IMG/VR virus record: IMGVR_UViG_3300022690_000259
Span: 1-40,182 of that record
Reading direction: 5' to 3' (one strand)
Length of the DNA stretch: 40,182 bases
Origin: a virus
How positions within the stretch are numbered: the stretch's first letter is position 1; the number at the start of each line of letters is the position of its first letter. The notes under the pieces are model-generated. The model ran no database searches. It was not told where the DNA came from and was given only the letters and a program-made list of their open reading frames with translations. The translations under genes were made by a program, and so were the position numbers. This document shows positions 23,457 to 31,888 of this stretch, piece by piece.

Positions 23457-23808
23457 GGATAACCCAATTTGGAAAAAAGTCAAGATGTTCATTAACGACG
23501 ATAACGGCGGATGGGATGAATTAAAACCGAGCTCCAATAAATCGATTGAATTTGAAATTCCTAAACCAACAGAAAATAAATTCTTAAAAGCTATGAAAGA
23601 AGCCCCTTTAGTAATTATAGACCTAGATAAAAAAATAGAATTAGAAATTGACGTTGGTGAAGGTGAGGATATTACAGTGATTACCACTAACGACCGCGAT
23701 ACTTATGAAAAGTTGTGTAGAATTGTGCAAGAGCCGAATCGCACACAGGTTAGGTTAATATTAAATAAACAATTATGGCATACACCGACAAACAGAAAAC
23801 AGAGATAG
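23449..23808 (+). CDS. Hypothetical protein
   Basis: The track ORF begins at TTG 23440. ATG 23449 (MGKDNPIW...) is preferred and overlaps the previous stop by 8 nt. Confidence 0.5.
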   Translation: MGKDNPIWKKVKMFINDDNGGWDELKPSSNKSIEFEIPKPTENKFLKAMKEAPLVIIDLDKKIELEIDVGEGEDITVITTNDRDTYEKLCRIVQEPNRTQVRLILNKQLWHTPTNRKQR

Positions 23809-24212
23809 TTAATGAAATCTGTAAAAGGGTAAGCGAAGGTGAGGCGTTAAGAAATATCTGCTCTGAAAAAGAACAGATTGATGTTGTTACATTCTATAAG
23901 TGGATAGATGACGACGAGGATAAAGCCAAACACTACGCGCGCGGTATAAGGGCTAGGACTGACATACATTTTGAGTCCATTCGGGAAATAATCCATGAAG
24001 ATTGTACCTACACCTACAAGGACGAGAATGGCAATGAGATAACTAGGATTGATTCAGCTAAAGTTCAACACCAGCGTTTAAAAATGGACGGTGAAAAATG
24101 GATGGTCGGAAAAGAGAACGCTCCTAAATACGGCGACGTTACGAAACATAAAATATCAGGCGACGAAGACGACGACACGCCGATTAAAATAATTGGCACC
24201 ATTATAAAATAA
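23775..24212 (+). CDS. terS: Terminase small subunit
   Basis: KQKTEIVNEICKRVSEGEALRNICSEKEQIDVVTFYKWIDDDEDKAKHYARGIRARTDIHFESIREI follows the common TerS pattern (I...I..G.SLR.IC......T...W......F...YA.AR..)). It lies just upstream of the large terminase. Confidence 0.7.
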   Translation: MAYTDKQKTEIVNEICKRVSEGEALRNICSEKEQIDVVTFYKWIDDDEDKAKHYARGIRARTDIHFESIREIIHEDCTYTYKDENGNEITRIDSAKVQHQRLKMDGEKWMVGKENAPKYGDVTKHKISGDEDDDTPIKIIGTIIK

Positions 24213-24226
24213 TTAAAGCAAAGGAA

Positions 24227-24385
24227 ATGGCAATAGCAATAGCAATAGGTTTCGCAATTACGATTGGCTTGATAGTTTTTGGGATTTTTGCGATTGACAC
24301 AGTGTGCAGTAATCAATCATTGATAATCAGGAATCAAGAGAAAATACTCAGGCAGTTAAAGGCAACGCCTAAAAAAAATGATTGA
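24227..24385 (+). CDS. Small membrane protein between terS and terL (52 aa, not in ORF track)
   Basis: Manual translation: MAIAIAIGFAITIGLIVFGIFAIDTVCSNQSLIIRNQEKILRQLKATPKKND. One transmembrane helix. The stop overlaps the terL start by 8 nt. Confidence 0.45.
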   Translation: MAIAIAIGFAITIGLIVFGIFAIDTVCSNQSLIIRNQEKILRQLKATPKKND

Positions 24386-25739
24386 AAACGGAATTATAAC
24401 ATTTGACACACGCGGGAACGAAAAGCAAAAGGAGTGCGCCAGACGTTGGAACGACGATTACACAAGTGATATAATTTACGGTGGAGCAAAGGGAGGAGCC
24501 AAAAGTTTTACTGGCTGCTCCCTTATTTTTTCAAATGCCTTCACCTACCCTGGCACCCATTATTTTATTTGCAGGAAGAAATTAAACGACCTGCGAAAAT
24601 TTACCCGCCCATCCATTGACGAGGTTTTTGATATTTGGGGCATACCCCAGGCTAATTACAAGTTTAACGCCATGGATAATATGTACATTCTGCACAATAA
24701 ATCTAAGGTGTTTCTATTAGAAGCTAAGTACATGCCCTCTGATAAGGACTATGCACGGTTTGGGTCAATGCAGATGACGAGGGGGTGGCTTGAGGAGGCT
24801 GGGGAGTTTGAGCCAGATGCAAAAAGCAATTTAGCGGCAAGCGTTGGGAGATGGAGGAATAATAAATACGGATTAAAAGGTAAGATACTTCAAACATGTA
24901 ACCCGGCTAAAAATTACCTATACGGGCAGTATTACAAACCATTTAAAGAAGGGACTCTAGGTAAAAATAAGGCATTTATACAGGCGTTTCCTCAAGATAA
25001 TAAAATGTTATCCAAGGGCTATATAGAGCATCTTTACGAGACATTGGATAAAAATCAGATTGAAAGGCTTATTCATGGCAGCTGGGAGTACGACGACGAC
25101 CCAACATGTTTAATCGACATCGATTCAGCTAATGATTACTTCACCAACGAACACATATTGCCGGAAGGTGACAAATACATTACCGTTGACGTGGCTCGAC
25201 TCGGAAAGGATAAAACTACAATTAGAGTCTGGCATGGTTGGCGAGTAATCCAGGTTGAGGAGTACGACAAAACAACTATCAACGAGGTTGTGGATATCGT
25301 AAAGACAATAGCCAATATCCATGAGGTGCCAATGAGTAGGGTTGTTGTTGACGAAGACGGCGTAGGCGGAGGCGTTAAAGATTACCTGAAATGCAAAGGA
25401 TTTGTTAATAATAGTTCACCCATTCAGAAAGGTGTGGATAAAAAATTCAAAGAAAATTACGATAATCTAAAAAGTCAATGTAGTTTCAAAATCGCCAAGC
25501 GGATTGTGCGAAAAGAATTATATGAAATTTGCGATAACAACAACAGAAAACAAACTGTGATTTCAGAAATGGAAGTAGTTAAAAGTAAGTCTGATATGCC
25601 TGTAGGTAAATTGGGTGTGCTTCCAAAAGATGAAGTTAGAAAATTAATTGGCCGTTCGCCTGATCACTGGGATAGCATAATGATGCGTGAATTTTTCGAA
25701 TTAAGAAGATCAAAAATGTTAGCAAGCTCATGGATTTAA
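24378..25739 (+). CDS. terL: Terminase large subunit
   Basis: 453 aa. It has a Walker-A-like GGAKGGAKSF, a WLEEAGE acidic (Walker B/catalytic Glu) segment, and nuclease-domain acidic motifs VDVARLGKDKT and VVDEDGVGGGVKD. Confidence 0.85.
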   Translation: MIENGIITFDTRGNEKQKECARRWNDDYTSDIIYGGAKGGAKSFTGCSLIFSNAFTYPGTHYFICRKKLNDLRKFTRPSIDEVFDIWGIPQANYKFNAMDNMYILHNKSKVFLLEAKYMPSDKDYARFGSMQMTRGWLEEAGEFEPDAKSNLAASVGRWRNNKYGLKGKILQTCNPAKNYLYGQYYKPFKEGTLGKNKAFIQAFPQDNKMLSKGYIEHLYETLDKNQIERLIHGSWEYDDDPTCLIDIDSANDYFTNEHILPEGDKYITVDVARLGKDKTTIRVWHGWRVIQVEEYDKTTINEVVDIVKTIANIHEVPMSRVVVDEDGVGGGVKDYLKCKGFVNNSSPIQKGVDKKFKENYDNLKSQCSFKIAKRIVRKELYEICDNNNRKQTVISEMEVVKSKSDMPVGKLGVLPKDEVRKLIGRSPDHWDSIMMREFFELRRSKMLASSWI

Positions 25740-25936
25740 AATTCATAATATTTATAATAATATTACTAGGCATTATACCACTAGGATTATCTGTCTTGTA
25801 TATGTTTTTTGGATTTAAAAAATATAATAAACAGGTCTCGCATAGCATACCCTTATTGTGGTATGGAATTTTATTGATGACATTATTATTTATAGATGAA
25901 TTAAAACCAATAATAAATAACTTTTTTAACTCATGA
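25730..25936 (+). CDS. Small two-helix membrane protein (holin-like topology)
   Basis: 68 aa with two hydrophobic helices. It overlaps the terL stop. Confidence 0.5.
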   Translation: MDLKFIIFIIILLGIIPLGLSVLYMFFGFKKYNKQVSHSIPLLWYGILLMTLLFIDELKPIINNFFNS

Positions 25937-26172
25937 GCGCAGAACAGCAAGAATTTAAGGCAACATTTGAATTAAGATGGGAGGTAAGGGTGTTAAAACC
26001 TACTATGGCAGAGTTATTCGACCCCAATAGGCCTATGCACGAAAGCATTCTACAACAGAAATGGGTAAGTGAAGACGGTAAAGTAAAATGGGTTGACGTA
26101 TCTGTCGTAGCGCAAGAGCAGAAAATTGAGGATATCGCGTCTTCAACCGGTAACGATTTAACAAATTCATAA
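25933..26172 (+). CDS. Hypothetical protein
   Basis: 79 aa with an ATGA-coupled start. Confidence 0.5.
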   Translation: MSAEQQEFKATFELRWEVRVLKPTMAELFDPNRPMHESILQQKWVSEDGKVKWVDVSVVAQEQKIEDIASSTGNDLTNS

Positions 26173-26206
26173 TTAAAACTAATTATTTCACGAAAATCAT
26201 AAAACT

Positions 26207-26386
26207 ATGGAAGCAGAAAATCAAAAACCTTTAGCGATTATCAGAGGCACAAAAGAAAATAATGATATCATCACTACCTTTCTTAATGATAATGGGTTTG
26301 TAACAACCTCAATAGAATCTAAGCAAGAGGATATTTCTTTAATATCACGTGATTGTGATGATAATTTATATGTAATTAAAATGTAA
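26207..26386 (+). CDS. Small hypothetical protein (59 aa, not in ORF track)
   Basis: Manual translation: MEAENQKPLAIIRGTKENNDIITTFLNDNGFVTTSIESKQEDISLISRDCDDNLYVIKM. It fills the 26173-26390 gap. Confidence 0.4.
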   Translation: MEAENQKPLAIIRGTKENNDIITTFLNDNGFVTTSIESKQEDISLISRDCDDNLYVIKM

Positions 26387-26390
26387 AACT

Positions 26391-26924
26391 ATGTCAAAAG
26401 GAAAAGGTAAAAATAAGGGTGCAAAAGCTAAGGTAGAAACCAAAGTTGAGCCAGTTGTAAGTCAGGAAATAAAAGCAGGAGCGAAGGAAACTCCTAAAAT
26501 TGAAACCGTAGTAGATCCTCCTGTAGTTGATAAACCGACTTTAGGTATTAATTCTACATATAATGTCGGGTTGGCAATTAAAGGTAAAGACAATGAGTTA
26601 GAGTATATTACTTTTGAAATTGGAACGAACGAAAAAGGCGAATTAGAATTTACGAAAGAGTTTACTGAAAAGTTTATAAAGACGTTTGGCCCTCAAAAAC
26701 CAGAAGTTGACCCACTCATTACAAAGGCTGAAAAACTAGTAGGGAAAACACCACCTGAATTAACAATCGAAGCTGTGGACGAAGAAATGAGAGATGCAAT
26801 TGAAAACATTGGCAAGATTCAATCTAAATACCAGCAATTAACAGCGATATCAAAATCAAGTAAATTAAGGCGTATGATTCGCATTTTGAGAACTGCCAGT
26901 AAAGATTGGAAGCCGCGTGTATAA
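26391..26924 (+). CDS. Hypothetical structural-module protein with Lys-rich disordered N-terminus
   Basis: 177-aa ORF. Its stop overlaps the GTG start of the next gene. Confidence 0.5.
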   Translation: MSKGKGKNKGAKAKVETKVEPVVSQEIKAGAKETPKIETVVDPPVVDKPTLGINSTYNVGLAIKGKDNELEYITFEIGTNEKGELEFTKEFTEKFIKTFGPQKPEVDPLITKAEKLVGKTPPELTIEAVDEEMRDAIENIGKIQSKYQQLTAISKSSKLRRMIRILRTASKDWKPRV

Positions 26925-27666
26925 CTACAAAATTTCAAGCTTAGGAATAGATTTTCAGCTACCAATTAATTGGAGTGAAATTACTATCCAAAAATTCGCA
27001 GATTATCAAGATCTAGTGAAGCAGCTGCAAAAACAGTTTGTTGAAACATTCAGTTTAAAGGATGAAACAGAAATTGCACAGGTTACGACAATCGAAATAT
27101 TTATCAAGATGCCGAGTTACTTCACCAAAATAATATCGTTTTGGTCTGGGTTGAGCTTAAGCGATGTGTACAAAATAGATAAGAACGATGTACTTGCCTG
27201 TTACACTCATATGAATAAATTTCTAGCCAACAATACAACCGAAACCGGCATTGATAAATTTACATTCAAAGGAGCGGAGTATTTATTCCCTGGATCTAAA
27301 AGCGATATCAACGGCAATACAGCATTAATGGCCGATGAAACATTCGGAGCGATGATTTACGCCTTCCAGCAAAATAAGAGTTTGGAGGAGTTAGGCAAAG
27401 GAAGGTTTGAAGCTGTGGCCGCGCAAATGGCAATTTTATGCAGGCCAAAAGGCGAGGAGTACGACCCTGATAAATCCAATGTGAGAGCTTTGGAATTCAA
27501 GCAGCTGCCCATGGATATCGTATGGGAGTTTGTTTTTTTTTCGATAAGACAGACGAGCAGATTCAAAAAGCTTACAGAAACCTATTTGAAGGAAGGGGAG
27601 GAAAAAACAAACTTAGCCGGTGGGGGTGGTATAACTCCCTCTACCAAGCTGCAGGAAAAGACATAA
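26917..27666 (+). CDS. Tail-assembly-chaperone-like protein, zero-frame product (gpG analogue; GTG start)
   Basis: 249 aa. It contains the T9 run at 27533-27541, and its 3' 145 nt overlap an open -1 frame. The arrangement matches the gpG/gpGT paradigm. Confidence 0.5.
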   Translation: MYNYKISSLGIDFQLPINWSEITIQKFADYQDLVKQLQKQFVETFSLKDETEIAQVTTIEIFIKMPSYFTKIISFWSGLSLSDVYKIDKNDVLACYTHMNKFLANNTTETGIDKFTFKGAEYLFPGSKSDINGNTALMADETFGAMIYAFQQNKSLEELGKGRFEAVAAQMAILCRPKGEEYDPDKSNVRALEFKQLPMDIVWEFVFFSIRQTSRFKKLTETYLKEGEEKTNLAGGGGITPSTKLQEKT

Positions 27667-27779
27667 TGAAATTAGACAAAGTTGAGGCAATGCCTTTTCA
27701 TAAAGTCATGGCGTTTTTGAGTTACGAAAAGGATTTTTATTATAAGCCACCAGTTGTTAAAAAAAGGAAAAGGAAATGA
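27522..27779 (+). CDS. -1 frame extension ORF (gpT-like part; probably expressed by frameshift at 27534-27540, not from its own ATG)
   Basis: It is open in the -1 frame relative to 26917..27666 and has protein-like sequence (WGWYNSLYQAAGKDIMKLDKVEAMPFHKVMAFLSY). Its stop overlaps the next start as ATGA. Confidence 0.5.
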   Translation: MGVCFFFDKTDEQIQKAYRNLFEGRGGKNKLSRWGWYNSLYQAAGKDIMKLDKVEAMPFHKVMAFLSYEKDFYYKPPVVKKRKRK

Positions 27780-28033
27780 GAATATTAGAATTTGAAGGTT
27801 ACGTAATTGACGCAAATAAATTAGAATGCGTCTCCTCGATACATGAAGATATTGGCTTGTATTCAAAGTATAAGGTATCGTTTCAGGTAGGCGGTATTAA
27901 ATACATTAAAAGCATTGAGTACAGGGATGATTCTAAAGATTATCCAGAGAGAGACGAGGCGTATAAAAAGATTGTTAAAATAAGGGAATCTATCGTTGCG
28001 GAAATGAAAAAAAGAATAGATGAATTTGCCTAA
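27776..28033 (+). CDS. Hypothetical protein
   Basis: 85 aa with an ATGA-coupled start. Confidence 0.5.
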   Translation: MRILEFEGYVIDANKLECVSSIHEDIGLYSKYKVSFQVGGIKYIKSIEYRDDSKDYPERDEAYKKIVKIRESIVAEMKKRIDEFA

Positions 28034-28754
28034 AATACTAATAGCTGCACCAACCAGCGATAAAAAAGATTATTGCCTTGACGAATGGGTAGATAACGTA
28101 CTTTCGTTTGATTACCCTGCGAGTACAATACTATTAGTGGACAATTCCCACAACGAAGAATACTATCATAAAATTTTAGACAAAGGAATTAACTGTCTGC
28201 ACGTTAAACCGGAAGGAAACGTGGTTGATTATATTGCGGATTGTCAGAAATTGATTAGACATTATGTTTTAGAGGGCGGCTATGATTACCTCTTCTCTCT
28301 GGAGAGCGATGTAATACCACAATCCGATATTATACTACAGTTATTACATCATAATAAAAGAATTGTAGCCGCCCCTTATTTCGTGCAATACAAAGGCGGT
28401 GACCCGTCATTGTGCATGATTGATCCAGAAATACAACACGTAAAAGAAATGAGCTACATGCATACCCGAATGGTGGGCACAAAGCAAGGATTAAGCAGAT
28501 TAACCGGTGAGTTAGTAAAAGTTTTTGGCGTCGGCCTCGGCTGTTCGTTAATACATAAAGATGTTTTGAAAAAAATAGACTTCCGCTCGGGCACCGCGTC
28601 CAACGAGACCCGAATGGATCGGAGTGTATTTTCGGACAGCCTATTTTATATTGATTGCTTCAAGGCAAAGATACCCGTTTTTTGGGATACAAAATTACTT
28701 GTACGGCATAAATATAGTGATTGGAGCGGCAATATTGATTTATATATTAAATAA
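28020..28754 (+). CDS. GT-A fold glycosyltransferase (GT2-like)
   Basis: ILIAAPT (beta1), ILLVDNSHN (DxS-type nucleotide-sugar site), FSLESDV (acidic DXD-equivalent) and GLGCSLIHKDVL, in the order typical of family-2-like glycosyltransferases. Confidence 0.55.
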   Translation: MNLPKILIAAPTSDKKDYCLDEWVDNVLSFDYPASTILLVDNSHNEEYYHKILDKGINCLHVKPEGNVVDYIADCQKLIRHYVLEGGYDYLFSLESDVIPQSDIILQLLHHNKRIVAAPYFVQYKGGDPSLCMIDPEIQHVKEMSYMHTRMVGTKQGLSRLTGELVKVFGVGLGCSLIHKDVLKKIDFRSGTASNETRMDRSVFSDSLFYIDCFKAKIPVFWDTKLLVRHKYSDWSGNIDLYIK

Positions 28755-28827
28755 TAATACAATGAATTCGCTAAAACCTATAGTATAACAATCGAATGTA
28801 TTAAATGAATGTACATACACTTAAAAA

Positions 28828-29277
28828 TTGATTATGAAAAATAATACTTACCAAGAACGACTCAATCAATATAAAGAGGAAATATCCATCATAAACCGAG
28901 GTATCAAAGCTTACATAGGCCGTGGTGAAAAAGTTGTAACAGGAGCAGTTGCCAAATATGAAAATGAGCACAAAGTTTTTAAGCTGCAATTAGACCTTTC
29001 CGCTAAAGAGGGTTCAATGTTGCAGCTCGCTCAATTGATGAAGGAAAAAGACGAGCAATTTGCGTCAGAAATGAAATTCATGAAGGCCAATTTCGCCAAG
29101 CTTCTCAAAAAAGCAATGGACGCAAAGGACGGATTACCAAAAGATCAAAAAAGAATGGTGGTAGCATATCGGGAAATGGATGTCAAGAAATCTTGGCTTT
29201 CAGACGAACATAAATTAGTGGCATTCAAAGCAATGATGAACATTTTAAATGCTAATAGTAATGGGAAATCAATTTAA
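28828..29277 (+). CDS. Hypothetical helical protein (glycan island)
   Basis: 149-aa Lys/Glu-rich ORF. No family recognised. Confidence 0.5.
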   Translation: MIMKNNTYQERLNQYKEEISIINRGIKAYIGRGEKVVTGAVAKYENEHKVFKLQLDLSAKEGSMLQLAQLMKEKDEQFASEMKFMKANFAKLLKKAMDAKDGLPKDQKRMVVAYREMDVKKSWLSDEHKLVAFKAMMNILNANSNGKSI

Positions 29278-29821
29278 GTTACTCAAGGATTATGAAAATC
29301 CAAGCCGTAAAATCCATAAAGGCGTTATAAAAACTAGATCCGAATGGTGTGAGATATTCGAACATCTAAATTTAAAACCTAGTGAATTATTTGGGAAAAA
29401 TGATTGGTTTGAGAAGGTAGAGGAAAGGATAGAAGTTAAAATAATGTATTGCTACCGTAAGAAACACAACTCTATGCCTGTTGGTAAATTAATAGGAATG
29501 TTTTTAGAGGGCGTTCATCCAACAGAAGAACAACGAATACTATGCGAGAAAGCCATAAACGGGAAGCTGGTAGATAGGAATGATTTACTTCATGTATTAA
29601 TGGGAATGTATTCAGAATATAAAAACCCAACCGACCGCAAAGCTAAAGAGGTGGTTAGATGTATTGTAGGCACTCTAGGCGTAACTACCGAGGAATGGTT
29701 TAAGCTAAAGAAAACAACAGAAGTACCCATTTCAGACTGTGGTAGTGAAACGGTAAGTTTTGTAAGTAAAGAGCAGCGCGACCATGCAATCAATGTATTA
29801 TCAAGCAACACAGCTAAATGA
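29249..29821 (+). CDS. Hypothetical protein (glycan island)
   Basis: 190-aa ORF. No family recognised. Confidence 0.5.
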   Translation: MLIVMGNQFKLLKDYENPSRKIHKGVIKTRSEWCEIFEHLNLKPSELFGKNDWFEKVEERIEVKIMYCYRKKHNSMPVGKLIGMFLEGVHPTEEQRILCEKAINGKLVDRNDLLHVLMGMYSEYKNPTDRKAKEVVRCIVGTLGVTTEEWFKLKKTTEVPISDCGSETVSFVSKEQRDHAINVLSSNTAK

Positions 29822-30552
29822 ACCTAACAATAGTAACAGCGGTCTGGAAGCGGCCAGAAGTATTTGAGATGTTTGCCCAAGGCGTTAAGCTACTGCAAAA
29901 ACATTTTAAAGGAAGGATTAATATCACCGTCGCATGTACCGGATCTGAGGGTCAACAATCAAGATCAATGGTTGAGGCTCATAAATTCCTATATGCTGAA
30001 TACCACAACAGGGCGTTAGGCCAAAAAATGAACAAAGCCGCAATTATATCTAGGACATTAGAACCTGATTACGTGATGTTAGTTGGCAGCGATGACATAA
30101 TGGCCCCGAATGTAATGGAGGTTTACTACGAGGAAATGCTAAAAGGCATTGATTACCTCTACGTTAAAGACTTTTATTTCTTCGATACTGTCACAAAACA
30201 GGGATTATATTGGGCGGGATACGCTAAAACCAGTAATCGCGGCCATGGATGCGGCGCCGGTCGTGTGTTATCTCGTCGAGTATTGGACGCCCTTGGATTT
30301 CAACCATGGTACAATGATAAATGTCACAACATTCTTGATACTGCATTTGACAGGAGAATGAGAAGCATTCAAGGAATAAAACCAATCGCCAAATCTTTCT
30401 ACCTCCGGGACATTGACGGTTTTGGATTGGATATTAAGAGTAGTACAAACATGACGCCATTTGCAAAGTGGGACAATACCGAATTTATGGACGGCAAGAA
30501 AATGTTATTTGACAATTTACCGGAGAAACTAGCAAAACAGATATATGGATGA
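29818..30552 (+). CDS. GT-A fold glycosyltransferase (putative)
   Basis: LTIVTAVWKRPEVF..., ALGQKMNKAA... and DYVMLVGSDDIM (DXD-type GSDD) follow the GT-A pattern. ATGA-coupled start. Confidence 0.5.
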   Translation: MNLTIVTAVWKRPEVFEMFAQGVKLLQKHFKGRINITVACTGSEGQQSRSMVEAHKFLYAEYHNRALGQKMNKAAIISRTLEPDYVMLVGSDDIMAPNVMEVYYEEMLKGIDYLYVKDFYFFDTVTKQGLYWAGYAKTSNRGHGCGAGRVLSRRVLDALGFQPWYNDKCHNILDTAFDRRMRSIQGIKPIAKSFYLRDIDGFGLDIKSSTNMTPFAKWDNTEFMDGKKMLFDNLPEKLAKQIYG

Positions 30553-30718
30553 TTTAAAAAAAATTAAAGCTATTGTTTTAGTCAGTAATCAGAAATTAGA
30601 ATACCAGTTCAGTTGTTATGATTTTGATATTCATAATTCTTGTCATAGATTTTATAATGAAGAAGGGGCGATCGTGTATATATTTCCTGCGCAACATACA
30701 ATCGTTAGTATATTATGA
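30545..30718 (+). CDS. Small hypothetical protein (57 aa, not in ORF track)
   Basis: Manual translation: MDDLKKIKAIVLVSNQKLEYQFSCYDFDIHNSCHRFYNEEGAIVYIFPAQHTIVSIL. Its start overlaps the upstream stop, and its stop overlaps the next start as ATGA. Confidence 0.45.
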   Translation: MDDLKKIKAIVLVSNQKLEYQFSCYDFDIHNSCHRFYNEEGAIVYIFPAQHTIVSIL

Positions 30719-31338
30719 AGATATTTATCACAGGGTGCGCCAAATCGGGCACAACGTTACTGGCTAGGTTAATGGATTCATTCGGCCATATAATAGCTAC
30801 TGAGGAAACAAGTTTGCACGGGCTATGTCAAAGTGAGCACAATAATATAGTTTGTAAACGCAGTGAGTACTCTATATTTTCCAATATATTGACTAGAAAG
30901 GATTTGAATAACCAAAAACAGTTGATTAAGAAAAAAGGAATCAAAGTAATTAACATTTATCGTAACGGTGTTGATATAATGGAAAGTTTCGAGAGGGATT
31001 GGGGTTACTGGAATCCGTTAATATGGTGTGAAAGTATTAGACAAATGCAAGAGTATAGGGCTTTGATTGCTGTGAATATCAGATATGAGGCGTTGGTAGA
31101 AAGTCCGGACGTAATACAGAGGTATATCGCTAGTCGACTAGGGTTAAAACCTAACTACTTATTCAGTGAATACACCGAGAAAACACCTGAAACGATATTC
31201 CCTACCGATCAGGAGCGCTATAAAATACGGCCAATATCTAGCGATAGAATAGGTAAGCAGTTTGATGTTCGTAAGCCTGGCATTGACATTGATTATTTTA
31301 ACCAACAAATGGAAAGTTTAGGGTATGAAAAAGTATAA
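30715..31338 (+). CDS. Sulfotransferase-like protein
   Basis: The N-terminal IFITGCAKSGTTLLARLM fits the PAPS 5'-phosphosulfate-binding loop (xKSGTT / RSGTTLL), not Walker A GxxxxGK[ST]. IYRNGVDIMESF fits the 3'-phosphate-binding R-x-x-x-D...S motif. Confidence 0.5.
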   Translation: MKIFITGCAKSGTTLLARLMDSFGHIIATEETSLHGLCQSEHNNIVCKRSEYSIFSNILTRKDLNNQKQLIKKKGIKVINIYRNGVDIMESFERDWGYWNPLIWCESIRQMQEYRALIAVNIRYEALVESPDVIQRYIASRLGLKPNYLFSEYTEKTPETIFPTDQERYKIRPISSDRIGKQFDVRKPGIDIDYFNQQMESLGYEKV

Positions 31339-31888
31339 TCCTGTAGAAGACAATCATAATTTTATACAGTCAAGCGCAACAATTAGCCCTATCGCTATAA
31401 TTGGAAAGAATAATTACTTTGGTCACGGGGTAATTATTTACGATAACGTAAGCATAGGTGATAACAATTACTTTGGCGCGTACTGTATAATAGGAGCCAA
31501 ACCAGAATCAAGGGAGTTCTTTAAGGAGTCAAAACAAAGGGTAATCATAGGTAGTAACAACCGGTTTTATAAGCAGGTAACTATTGACGGCTCAACTGAT
31601 AAAGAGACAATCATAGCTGATAACTGTGAGTTTCTAAAGAATAGCCATGTAGGACATGATGCAATCATATGGAACAACGTTAGTCTAAGGTGTAACGCGG
31701 TAGTTGGCGGTGGGTGTGTAATTAATAAAGGCGTAGTAATAGGATTGAACGCAAGCATACACCAGAGAGTAGAGATACCAAAAGACGTTAGCATAGGCAT
31801 GAATAGCTGTGTTACTAAGAAGCAGATTATAAACGAAGGTTTTATTTACGGCGGGGTACCCGTTAGGCAATTAAAGAAGATAAAATAA
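31325..31888 (+). CDS. LpxA-like left-handed beta-helix acyltransferase (short form, no C-terminal helical domain)
   Basis: Hexapeptide repeats run throughout (IIGKNNYFGHGVIIYDNVSIGDNNYFGAYCIIG...). NSHVGHDAIIWNNVSL aligns with E. coli LpxA NAHIAHDCTVGNRCIL, including the catalytic His context. 187 aa versus about 262 aa for LpxA. Confidence 0.7.
   Translation: MKKYNPVEDNHNFIQSSATISPIAIIGKNNYFGHGVIIYDNVSIGDNNYFGAYCIIGAKPESREFFKESKQRVIIGSNNRFYKQVTIDGSTDKETIIADNCEFLKNSHVGHDAIIWNNVSLRCNAVVGGGCVINKGVVIGLNASIHQRVEIPKDVSIGMNSCVTKKQIINEGFIYGGVPVRQLKKIK

Noticed and set aside
24065-24316. Minus-strand 83-aa ORF spanning the terS 3' end and the terS-terL gap
   Set aside because: It is antisense to terS. 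The gap is better explained by the + strand 52-aa membrane ORF 24227..24385, which is coupled to terL.
30149-30361. + strand 70-aa ORF nested out of frame in the glycosyltransferase gene 29818..30552
   Set aside because: It is fully internal to a gene with a coherent GT-A motif order, and nothing supports it independently.
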